The position numbers and the translations under genes were made by a program. Source: Candidatus Geddesella stercoravicola (GTDB lineage: Bacteria > Bacillota > Clostridia > Oscillospirales > UBA644). Taken from it: a DNA stretch of 46,646 bases. Numbering within the stretch: the first letter of the stretch is position 1; every line of letters starts with the position of its first letter. Below, piece by piece: positions 26,409 to 34,931 of the stretch. The stretch lies in NCBI GenBank assembly GCA_904398665.1, contig CAJFPG010000016.1, positions 1-46,646 of the forward strand. Direction: 5' to 3'. The notes under the pieces are model-generated. The model saw only the letters and a program-made list of their open reading frames with translations, was not told the DNA's origin and did not search any database.

Positions 26409-28304
26409 TTATTCAAGCTCGAAAGCTCCGGTATAAAGCTGATAATACGTTCCCTTTTCCTCGATTAACTTCTCGTGGTTTCCTCTTTCGATAATTCTTC
26501 CGTGGTCAAGAACCATTATAACGTCCGAATTTCTGACAGTAGACAGTCTGTGAGCGATAACAAAGACGGTTCTTCCCTCCATCAGTTTATCCATACCTTT
26601 TTGTACTATTGATTCGGTTCTCGTGTCTATTGAGGACGTGGCTTCGTCGAGAATCATAACCGGAGGATCTGCGACCGCCGCTCTGGCTATCGCGATAAGC
26701 TGACGCTGCCCTTGAGAAAGATTCGTTCCGTTGTTTGAAAGTTCCGTATTGTATCCGTCGGGAAGTCGAGTAATAAAATCGTCAGCTCCTACCAGCTTAG
26801 CCGCGGCGACGCAATCCTCGTCGGAAGCGTCTAATTTGCCATAACGGATATTATCCATAACGGTGCCGGAAAAAAGGTTTGTATCCTGTAAAACTACGCC
26901 GAGAGAACGACGTAAGTCGGATTTTCGTATTTTGTTTATGTTTATTCCGTCGTAACGTATTTTGCCATCGGCTATATCGTAGAAACGGTTTATCAGGTTT
27001 GTGATAGTTGTTTTTCCCGCTCCCGTAGCTCCGACAAAAGCGACTTTTTGCCCTGGCTCCGCGTAGACGGTCACATCGTGCAGTATCTCTTTGCCCTCTT
27101 CGTAAGCGAAATCCACGTTCGTCAGCCTTACGTCGCCGCGGAGAAGAGTATAAGTGGTTGTTCCGTCCTTGTGAGGATGTTTCCACGCCCATTTCCCGGT
27201 ACGTTTTTTCGATTCGGTAATTTCCCCGTTTTCCGAAACTTCGGCGTTGACAAGAGTGACATATCCGTTATCCGTTTCTTTGTCTTGGTCCATGAGCTCA
27301 AATATTCTTTTAGCTCCGGCGAGTCCCATTACTATCGTGTTTATTTGCTGAGCCGCCTGATTTATGTTCCCCGAAAATTGCTTTGACATATTCAGAAACG
27401 GCACGAGAATACTTATATCGAACGCCAATCCGGAAAGACTGATATTCGGCAGTCCGGAGAGGAGGAAAAGTCCTCCTACAACGGCTATTATGACATACAG
27501 GAGATTTCCTATATTCATAATTATCGGGCCAAGACTGTTGGCGTAAGCGTTTGCTCGATATCCGTCCTCATAAAGGGCCTCGTTCACTTCGTCAAACCCT
27601 TTTTTCGCTTCTTCTTCATGACAGAAAACCTTGATTACTTTCTGCCCGTTCATCATTTCCTGAATGTAGCCTTCGGCGCGGCCGATCGATTTTTGCTGTT
27701 TTAAAAAATATTTCGCCGAGCCTCCGCCGATTTTTTTAGATATAAGAACCATCGCGAGAACGCCTAAAATTACCACAACGGTCATCCATACGCTGTACCA
27801 TATCATTATCGAGAAAACCGCCGCGACTATAACAACCGACTGCAAGAGCATCGGGAGCGACTGCGAAATCAACGGGCGTATTGGATCTATATCGTTGGTG
27901 TAGTAACTCATTATATCGCCGGTTTTATTAGTGTCAAAGAATTTTATCGGCAAATCCTGCATCCCGTCGAACATTTGACGTCTGAGTTTGCATAGAAATC
28001 CCTGCGTTATCGTTACGGTCAGCTGGGTGTAAAGAGTAATGGCGGATATTGAAAGCACATAAAACGCTATTAGAAGAGAAACCATGGGGATTATAGTTTT
28101 GCTTGCCGTTTCCCAGTCTCCCGTTTGAACCCAATTCTCAATGGCCGCCACCACGTTTTGTGTGAATATAGACGGAATCGCGGCGGTTATCGCGGAGAAA
28201 ATTATACATAAAATGGTCACGGGAACCAATACCGGATAGAATTTAAAAAGCATTTTCAGAAGCCTTGCGAGAGTTCCTTGTTTCTTTTGTTTTTGCTTAT
28301 TCAT
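26409..28304 (-). CDS. ABC exporter half-transporter (TMD-NBD): catalytically canonical NBD, non-canonical signature
   Basis: Start at ATG 28304 (MNKQKQKK..), 8 nt after GGAGG. Walker A GATGAGKTT, signature LSQGQRQ, Walker B VMILDEATS, H-loop IAHRLST. Confidence 0.9.
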   Translation of the reverse strand: MNKQKQKKQGTLARLLKMLFKFYPVLVPVTILCIIFSAITAAIPSIFTQNVVAAIENWVQTGDWETASKTIIPMVSLLIAFYVLSISAITLYTQLTVTITQGFLCKLRRQMFDGMQDLPIKFFDTNKTGDIMSYYTNDIDPIRPLISQSLPMLLQSVVIVAAVFSIMIWYSVWMTVVVILGVLAMVLISKKIGGGSAKYFLKQQKSIGRAEGYIQEMMNGQKVIKVFCHEEEAKKGFDEVNEALYEDGYRANAYANSLGPIIMNIGNLLYVIIAVVGGLFLLSGLPNISLSGLAFDISILVPFLNMSKQFSGNINQAAQQINTIVMGLAGAKRIFELMDQDKETDNGYVTLVNAEVSENGEITESKKRTGKWAWKHPHKDGTTTYTLLRGDVRLTNVDFAYEEGKEILHDVTVYAEPGQKVAFVGATGAGKTTITNLINRFYDIADGKIRYDGININKIRKSDLRRSLGVVLQDTNLFSGTVMDNIRYGKLDASDEDCVAAAKLVGADDFITRLPDGYNTELSNNGTNLSQGQRQLIAIARAAVADPPVMILDEATSSIDTRTESIVQKGMDKLMEGRTVFVIAHRLSTVRNSDVIMVLDHGRIIERGNHEKLIEEKGTYYQLYTGAFELE

Positions 28305-30045
28305 CGCTATCGCCTCCGTTCGTCTGTTGTTCGTAGATTTCACGGTATATATCGTTTGAAGCTATAAGCTCGTCATGAGTTCCGGAAGCTGTGATTTGTC
28401 CGTTATTCATAACTATTATAAGGTCGGCCTCCTGTACCGACGCTATACGCTGAGCAATGATAATTTTTGTTGTTTCGGGTATATAAGATTTAAATCCCGC
28501 TCTGATAAGAGCGTCGGTCTTTGTGTCGACGGCGCTTGTCGAGTCGTCGAGAATAAGAATTTTCGGTTTTTTAAGAAGGGCGCGGGCGATACAAAGCCTT
28601 TGTTTTTGTCCTCCCGAGACGTTTGTTCCTCCCTGCTCGATTTTCGTGTCGTAACCGTCGGGGAAGGATCTCACAAAATCGTCCGCCTGAGCCATCTTAC
28701 AGGCGTCAATAATTTCCTCATCGGTAGCGTTTTCATTGCCCCAACGAAGATTCTCTTTTATGGTTCCGGAGAAAAGAAGATTTTTTTGCAAAACCATGGC
28801 GACTGAATCTCTGAGAGATTTTATATCGTATTCTCTGACGTCGCGACCCCCGACATTGACCGAGCCTTCCGTCACGTCGTAAAGGCGTGGAATAAGCTGT
28901 ACGAGTGAGGATTTTCCGGAACCGGTCCCTCCGATTATCCCTACTGTCATTCCGGATTTTATATGTATGTCAATATCGGAAAGGGCGTATCTTTTTGCCT
29001 TGTTTGAGTATTTAAAGTTTACGTTGTTAAAGTCTATTGAGCCGTCCTTTACTTCTGTAATCGGGTTTTCGGGGTTCTCCATCGACGGAATTTCTTCAAG
29101 AACTTGACAAACTCTATGCATCGATTCGGCCGACATTGTTATAATAACATAGATCATTGACAGCATCATTAACGCCATAAGGATTTGGAATCCGTATGTT
29201 AACATCGCGGAAATTTGTCCTATATTCACCGTTTGTCCAAAAGAGGATATTGTCATCTGCGACCCTATAAGCAGAATGAAAACCATGTTGAAATAGAGGC
29301 AAATTTGCATCAAAGGAGAGTTGAAAGCGACTATTCTTTCCGCTTTGGTAAAATCTTTTCTTATGTCTTCCGCGGCGGAGCCGAATTTCTTTTTCTCATA
29401 ATCTTCTCTTGAAAAACTTTTCACGACTCTCATCGCTCGTACGTTTTCTTCTATCGATTCGTTCAGCTTGTCGTATTTTTTAAAAACTCTTCTAAACGCC
29501 GGCATAGCGGTCTTTCCTATCAAAAAAAGTCCAAACGCGAGTACCGGAACGACTATAACGAAGCACGTCGCCAGTCCTCCGCCCATTACGTAAGCCATTA
29601 TAATTGAGAAAATAAGCATGAGAGGGCTTCTTACCGCGGTTCTGATTATCATCATGTAAGACATTTGAATGTTTGAGACGTCGGTAGTCATACGTGTGAC
29701 GAGTGAAGAAGACGAGAATTTGTCTATATTGCCGAAAGTATAAGTCTGTACTTTCTGAAAAAGATCGTGTCGCAGATTTTTCGCGAATCCCGCCGACGCT
29801 TTTGAACAAGTAAAACCCGCTAGTCCTCCGAAGCATAGAGAAAGAAGCGCCAGTAGGACGAGAATAACTCCCGTGGTTAGAACTTGCGACATATTAATTC
29901 CGCCGTTTATTTTATTTATAAGATCGGCTGTTATAAAGGGAATTGTAACCTCTATCGCCGCTTCTCCGACGACAAGCAAAATAGTTAGTATTGTCGAGGT
30001 CTTATATTCTCTTATACAGCCAAAAAAATGTTTCAGTTTCGACAT
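28297..30045 (-). CDS. ABC exporter half-transporter (TMD-NBD): degenerate NBD (Walker-B Asp, H-loop Gln)
   Basis: Walker A GGTGSGKSS, signature VSGGQKQR, Walker B ILILDDSTS (Asp in place of the catalytic Glu), H-loop IAQRIAS. It overlaps the downstream partner by 8 nt. Confidence 0.9.
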   Translation of the reverse strand: MSKLKHFFGCIREYKTSTILTILLVVGEAAIEVTIPFITADLINKINGGINMSQVLTTGVILVLLALLSLCFGGLAGFTCSKASAGFAKNLRHDLFQKVQTYTFGNIDKFSSSSLVTRMTTDVSNIQMSYMMIIRTAVRSPLMLIFSIIMAYVMGGGLATCFVIVVPVLAFGLFLIGKTAMPAFRRVFKKYDKLNESIEENVRAMRVVKSFSREDYEKKKFGSAAEDIRKDFTKAERIVAFNSPLMQICLYFNMVFILLIGSQMTISSFGQTVNIGQISAMLTYGFQILMALMMLSMIYVIITMSAESMHRVCQVLEEIPSMENPENPITEVKDGSIDFNNVNFKYSNKAKRYALSDIDIHIKSGMTVGIIGGTGSGKSSLVQLIPRLYDVTEGSVNVGGRDVREYDIKSLRDSVAMVLQKNLLFSGTIKENLRWGNENATDEEIIDACKMAQADDFVRSFPDGYDTKIEQGGTNVSGGQKQRLCIARALLKKPKILILDDSTSAVDTKTDALIRAGFKSYIPETTKIIIAQRIASVQEADLIIVMNNGQITASGTHDELIASNDIYREIYEQQTNGGDSDE

Positions 30046-30206
30046 GGACTGTTCGTCTCCTTTCAGTAGTATTTCGCTTTTGGAAGATTTATTTTAAATA
30101 GCTTGTTTTTATAATTAATTACTGTTTCTCATTGATTCTCGTTTTTTTTTCGTTATTCATTTTCTTTACGGATTCGTCGAGCTTTCGGAAAAACAGATAA
30201 CAAAAT

Positions 30207-30236
30207 ATACAAACAAATACAAACAAATACAAACAA
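30207..30236. repeat. Perfect tandem repeat, 3 x 10 bp (ATACAAACAA)
   Basis: Copies at 30207, 30217 and 30227. Confidence 0.95.
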
Positions 30237-30375
30237 AATCTTGCCCTGGTAAATCCGGATTATTCCTGTTTCGTACTTGACGATAATTACAAACTTATTT
30301 GTTCGGCGTCGCCGTTCCGTCGATGGCAAAAGCCCTATAAAAAATTATTATTTATTATTGTTATTTATTTTTTTT

Positions 30376-30397
30376 ATGTTATATTTATGTTATATTT
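30376..30397. repeat. Tandem repeat, 2 x 11 bp (ATGTTATATTT)
   Basis: Copies at 30376 and 30387. Confidence 0.9.
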
Positions 30398-30458
30398 ATT
30401 TTTTATTTGTTTTTGCCTCTCTTATTCTTTGCTTTTTAATTTGAAGAGTGAAAAAAAG

Positions 30459-30491
30459 CAAATTGATATACAAATTGATATAATTGATATA
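30459..30491. repeat. Tandem repeat, 2.75 x 12 bp (CAAATTGATATA)
   Basis: Copies at 30459 and 30471, with a partial ATTGATATA at 30483. Confidence 0.9.
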
Positions 30492-30640
30492 AATTAATGA
30501 TTTTTTATTTATCTTTGTTGAGTTTTTATTATTAGTTTTAGTTAGAAATTTTGGTCATATTTCTCTCTTTTTTTATTTAATTTATTTTCTATTTTGGTTT
30601 CTATTCTTTATTGATTTTTATGTTTATTTTTTTTATTTTG

Positions 30641-31615
30641 TTACGCCTCGGCGAGTCCTTCCGAAATCCCAAGAAGAATTATTCCCACGATAACCGCCGC
30701 GACACAGGCATATTGGGACACTTTCAGCCTCTCTTTTAAAAAGATTCTCGAAAGTATTACCGATATAACGCAATATGAGGCTATCATCGGAGCTGCGAGC
30801 ATAGGTTCGGACGCCATCGCGTAAACATAAAAGATTTGTCCGAACTGCTCGAAACACGCGGCGGCTCCTTTTGTTTTTATTTCTTTTAATGAAAACGGAT
30901 TGTAAGGTTTTTTCGTTTTTATCAGCATGTATAACCATATTACTATACCGGCCGCGAAGAAAGTTAATCCGTAAAGAATTATTACGTCTATTTCTCCAAG
31001 TCCGAGTCCCGTTTCCTCGTCGAGAATAATTCCGTCCGCCGCGGTTCCGACGGTATCGAAAACACAGTATAGCAGAGGGAATATTAAAGCTAACGCCCCG
31101 AAACGGTATTTTTTCTCACTTTTTATTTCCGAAAGAGTTTTTTCCTTAGAGGATATTTTCTTCTCTACTATCGCTAACGCTACGACTCCCGCGACGATTA
31201 TTATAGTTCCTGTTATGTCGAGAGGGGAAAACTCCTCCGAAATCGCTGTGACTCTGCCTACCGCCAAAAAATAAATTATCATCGCGATTGTCGAGAGCGC
31301 TCCCGAGGCGTTTTGAACGGGAGATACGATAGATAGCTCTAAATAACGAAGCCCCGCATATCCTATTACCATGGAAATTATGTAAGCGAGAGACGCGGGA
31401 GAATATTTGATTGCGTTTTCTATAAGAGAGATAGCGGAGAATTTTGTTTCCGCGAATGGAATCAGAATAACGGCAACTATGCCCATTACGAGTCCGACCC
31501 AGACGGCGGTTTTTAAATGAGAGTGGTTGTCGTTTTCATCGGAACTTTTTTTATAAAATAAATCAGCGAACCCCCAGCCGAGAGTCGCTATTAAGGCAAA
31601 TATGAACCAAGACAT
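30641..31615 (-). CDS. DMT-superfamily (EamA-like) membrane permease, substrate unknown
   Basis: Start at ATG 31615 (MSWFIFALIATLGWGFADLFYK), 6 nt after AAGGAG; the track start at 31636 is a GTG. About 10 hydrophobic segments arranged as two EamA-like halves. Confidence 0.75.
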   Translation of the reverse strand: MSWFIFALIATLGWGFADLFYKKSSDENDNHSHLKTAVWVGLVMGIVAVILIPFAETKFSAISLIENAIKYSPASLAYIISMVIGYAGLRYLELSIVSPVQNASGALSTIAMIIYFLAVGRVTAISEEFSPLDITGTIIIVAGVVALAIVEKKISSKEKTLSEIKSEKKYRFGALALIFPLLYCVFDTVGTAADGIILDEETGLGLGEIDVIILYGLTFFAAGIVIWLYMLIKTKKPYNPFSLKEIKTKGAAACFEQFGQIFYVYAMASEPMLAAPMIASYCVISVILSRIFLKERLKVSQYACVAAVIVGIILLGISEGLAEA

Positions 31616-31754
31616 ATTTTTCTCCTTTAAAATCACGAGAATTTTAAAAAATTAAGAATATTAAAAATACTAAAAAACAATATTAAAAATATTTATTAAT
31701 ATAAATATTTATTATAATTACTAAGTTGTTACTATTTATTATAAATCTAATTAA

Positions 31755-31784
31755 AAATATTTGCAATAGAATTTGCAAATATTT
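31755..31784. promoter_or_regulatory. Perfect 12-bp inverted repeat AAATATTTGCAA-N6-TTGCAAATATTT (candidate operator)
   Basis: Arms at 31755..31766 and 31773..31784, in the divergent region 140-170 nt upstream of the DMT gene. Confidence 0.5.
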
Positions 31785-31962
31785 CAAAGAAAAATCTTCG
31801 TTTATTAACTTATTTTTTTATTCTGTGGAAGATACGTTTTTTATAAGTATTTTCAAAAAGTTTTATCTAATCAGATGAAAAACTTTATTGCGTTTTTTTG
31901 GATTCTTTTACGCTTTCCGTCTGTTTAAGTAAGTCAAAAATATATTTATCGATTTTAATAAC

Positions 31963-31991
31963 TTGACATTTTTAATTGTTTTTGATATACT
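31963..31991 (+). promoter_or_regulatory. Sigma-70-type promoter: TTGACA, 17 nt spacer, TGaTATACT
   Basis: -35 at 31963..31968 and -10 at 31986..31991 with an upstream TG. It is followed by the 10-bp palindrome AATCGCGATT (32004..32013) and lies ~320 nt upstream of ATG 32311. Confidence 0.55.
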
Positions 31992-32310
31992 GATTTGCGA
32001 ATGAATCGCGATTTTGAAAGAGAGAAAACATTGTAAAAGCTTTTCAAAATTTTTTTTATTTTTATCTATCCTGTTTTTTATTATCACTTTTATTATTGTG
32101 CTTATTAATGTCTTTTCTTTTTTGTTTTATTTCTCAATTTGGTTTTTCATTTTTTGTTTCTTGTTCCCTTACTTTTTTCTTTTTCATGGATATTTCATTG
32201 TTTTTTATATTTACCGTTTAATATTTTTTTATATTATTTTTACATAATTAGACGGTTGTAACTTATTTCTTTTACTGAAAATTTACGGAATTTTATCGGA
32301 GGATTTTTAT

Positions 32311-33345
32311 ATGAAAAAATTTATTGTTTTTATATTATCGGCGATTTTTTTTGTCGGTATTTTCTCGGGCTGTTCCCTTTCAAATGATGGCGGAGGAGTA
32401 GGCGAGCAAGGAGAAACGGATGGTTTAAAAATAGTGGTTACCGTTTTCCCGGAATACGATTGGCTTCGTGAAATAATGGGGGAAGTTTTTTCTTCATCGA
32501 AAGTCACTTTTCTGCTTTCCAACGGAGTGGATATGCATAGTTATCAGCCGTCCGCAAACGATATAATAGAGATATCTACCTGTGATATTTTTGTCTATGT
32601 CGGAGGAGAATCCGATTCTTGGGTTGAGGACGCTTTGAAAAATGCCGAGAATAAGGATATAAAAATAATAAATTTGATTGAGATTCTCGGCGACGCCGCG
32701 AAAGAGGAGGAAATTACGGAGGGGATGCAGGCGGAAGAGGAACTCGAAGAAGAAAACGGTAATTCTTCTCATTCTCTCGGAGAGGCGAATGGGGAGGGAG
32801 ATACCGCGAGTTATGACGAACATGTTTGGCTTTCTCTTAAAAACGCGGTTATTTTTTGCGAGAGAATTTCCGAGGCGCTTCAAGAGGTCGATCCCCAAAA
32901 TGCGGGAACATATCGGGAAAATACTGAAAGATATGTAGAGAAACTAATAGAACTTGATTCTGAATTTTCTTCTTCTATTGATAACTCGTCGAAAAAAACT
33001 CTTCTTTTCGGAGATAGATTCCCTTTCAGATACCTTATCGACGATTATTCTCTTTCTTATTATGCCGCGTTTCCCGGATGCTCGGCGGAGAGCGAAGCGA
33101 GTTTTGAGACTATTTCTTTTCTCGCCGCCAGACTTAATGATTTGGATATTACGACTGTACTTACAGTCGATGGATCGGATGGGGGAATCGCCGAGGCGAT
33201 TATTTCGGCGTCAGGAAAGAGCGATGTTCAAATCCTTTCTCTTAATTCCATGCAGTCCACGACTCTTGACGACGCTCAAAGCGGAGAAACTTATCTTTCG
33301 ATAATGAAAGAAAACCTTGACGTGTTGAAAATAGCTCTTTCTTGA
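32311..33345 (+). CDS. Cluster A-I (ZnuA/TroA/PsaA-type) metal-binding lipoprotein; orphan, no permease or ATPase genes adjacent
   Basis: Lipoprotein signal MKKFIVFILSAIFFVGIFSGC. Motifs VDMHSYQPS and YDEHVWLS (the two conserved His ligand motifs). An acidic insertion loop (EEEITEGMQAEEELEEENGNSSHSLGEANGEGD). Confidence 0.82.
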   Translation: MKKFIVFILSAIFFVGIFSGCSLSNDGGGVGEQGETDGLKIVVTVFPEYDWLREIMGEVFSSSKVTFLLSNGVDMHSYQPSANDIIEISTCDIFVYVGGESDSWVEDALKNAENKDIKIINLIEILGDAAKEEEITEGMQAEEELEEENGNSSHSLGEANGEGDTASYDEHVWLSLKNAVIFCERISEALQEVDPQNAGTYRENTERYVEKLIELDSEFSSSIDNSSKKTLLFGDRFPFRYLIDDYSLSYYAAFPGCSAESEASFETISFLAARLNDLDITTVLTVDGSDGGIAEAIISASGKSDVQILSLNSMQSTTLDDAQSGETYLSIMKENLDVLKIALS

Positions 33346-33641
33346 TGGTTGGAAGTCGTTGTCTTTTATTTTTAGCCTTTCGGTCCGATATTTTTAGTAC
33401 CGTATTAAGTACCATAAGAGTGTAATTGTCCGAGAATAAATAACTCTGACAGTTGCAATTATTTTATAAAAGGGGCGTAATTGCTCTAACGTCGATTTTT
33501 TATGGATTTTTTGGCCCTTTTTATTTTTTTGATGATTTCTTTTCAAAATATAAAAAAACGGATAGAAATAGAGGTCGAGGTAAGTTATTTGTATCACGTA
33601 TTATTAATTTTAAGATACTGTAAATTGTAATTGTTATAAAA

Positions 33642-33673
33642 GGCAGAGCCGACGCTTTATCGTCGGCTCTGCC
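33642..33673. terminator. GC-rich hairpin terminator serving fnlC (-) and possibly the + strand
   Basis: GGCAGAGCCGACG-CTTTAT-CGTCGGCTCTGCC, with AAAA upstream and a T-rich tract downstream. It lies 70 nt past the fnlC stop. Confidence 0.85.
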
Positions 33674-33743
33674 CTTATTTTCGGTTTGTATATTTTTTGT
33701 TTCAGTTTTTATGTTATTTCGTTTCTGTATTTTTTTACTGTTC

Positions 33744-34931
33744 TTAATTTTCTTTTTTCCATACCGTTCTGTTGACGATTTCCGTATAGCTTTGTATTAT
33801 TTTGACGACTTTTGTCGAGACGTTTTCATCCGTATAATATGGAACCGGAACGCCGTTATCTCCGTTATCTCGCATTGATATCGCGGTTTGAACGGCGTTT
33901 AAAAGGCTCTTTTTGGTTATTCCGGCGAGAATAAAACAAGCGTTATCCAAAGCTTCCGGACGTTCTGTAGAGGTTCTTATGCATACCGCTGGAAACGGTT
34001 TGTTTATCGAAGTGAAAAAGCTCGCTTCTTCGGGAAGCGTTCCGCTGTCGGAGACTACGGCTAAGGCGTTCATTTGAAGTTTGTTATAATCGTGAAACCC
34101 GAGAGGCTCGTGTCTTACGACTCTTTTATCGAGCTTAAAACCTGATTCGTCGAGGCGTTTTTTGCTTCTTGGGTGGCAGGAATAAAGAATCGGCGAATCG
34201 TATTTTTCAGCGAGACTGTTTATCGCCCCGAAGAGAGAGAAAAAGTTTTTTTCGGTATCGATATTTTCCTCTCTGTGAGCGGAGAGTAATATATATTTTT
34301 TTGGAGAAAGATTTAATTTTTCAAGAATATTCGAGGTTTCTATATCTTTTAGATTTTCTCTAAGAACTTCCGCCATCGGGGAGCCTGTTACAAAAGTTCT
34401 TTCCTTAGGAAGCCCGCATTCCGCCAGATATCTTCTGGCGTGTTCGGAATACGCCATATTGACGTCGGAGATAATATCGACGACGCGTCGGTTTGTTTCC
34501 TCCGGCAAACATTCGTCTTTGCACCTGTTTCCCGCTTCCATATGAAATATCGGGATATGAAGTCTTTTCGCCGAGATAGCGCAGAGACAGGAGTTCGTGT
34601 CTCCGAGAATAAGCAGGGCGTCCGGTTTTATCTCTTTCATCAGCTTGTAGGAGAGGGCGATTATATTTCCCATAACGTCCCCAAGATTTCCTTCCGCGAC
34701 GTTCATACATACGTCGGGTGGGGCGATTTTTAAATCTTTGAAAAATATGCCGTTAAGATTGTAATCGTAGTTCTGGCCGGTATGGGCAAGAATACAGTCA
34801 AAATATCTTCGGCATTTTCTTATGACGGCGGAGAGCCTGATTATCTCAGGGCGAGTCCCGACGATTATCAGGAGTTTGAGTCTTCCGTCGTTTTTAAATT
34901 TTATATCGGAATAATCAGTTTTGTTTTCCAT
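33744..34931 (-). CDS. fnlC: UDP-N-acetylglucosamine 2-epimerase, non-hydrolysing (FnlC/Cap5G/WbjD type)
   Basis: ..LKLLIIVGTRPEIIRLSAVI..C..YF..IL.HTGQNYDY.LN.IFF.DL.. closely follows the Cap5G/FnlC N-terminus. Confidence 0.9.
   Translation of the reverse strand: MENKTDYSDIKFKNDGRLKLLIIVGTRPEIIRLSAVIRKCRRYFDCILAHTGQNYDYNLNGIFFKDLKIAPPDVCMNVAEGNLGDVMGNIIALSYKLMKEIKPDALLILGDTNSCLCAISAKRLHIPIFHMEAGNRCKDECLPEETNRRVVDIISDVNMAYSEHARRYLAECGLPKERTFVTGSPMAEVLRENLKDIETSNILEKLNLSPKKYILLSAHREENIDTEKNFFSLFGAINSLAEKYDSPILYSCHPRSKKRLDESGFKLDKRVVRHEPLGFHDYNKLQMNALAVVSDSGTLPEEASFFTSINKPFPAVCIRTSTERPEALDNACFILAGITKKSLLNAVQTAISMRDNGDNGVPVPYYTDENVSTKVVKIIQSYTEIVNRTVWKKEN

Noticed and set aside
30120-30160. A 13-codon upstream ORF (MNNEKKTRINEKQ, ATG at 30160 on the minus strand) as a BmrB-like leader peptide for the ABC operon.
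   Set aside because: It has no convincing Shine-Dalgarno sequence, and no terminator/antiterminator hairpins lie between it and the ABC start. It is probably a chance ORF in A-rich sequence.
32014-32247. A 77-aa Phe-rich ORF (TTG start) upstream of the znuA-like gene.
   Set aside because: Its composition is a direct consequence of the T-rich tract (TTT/TTC codons). There is no RBS and no plausible fold.
33394-33597. A 67-aa minus-strand ORF in the znuA-like/fnlC spacer.
   Set aside because: It has no RBS, sits in AT-rich intergenic sequence, and gives a low-complexity translation. It lies beyond the fnlC terminator.
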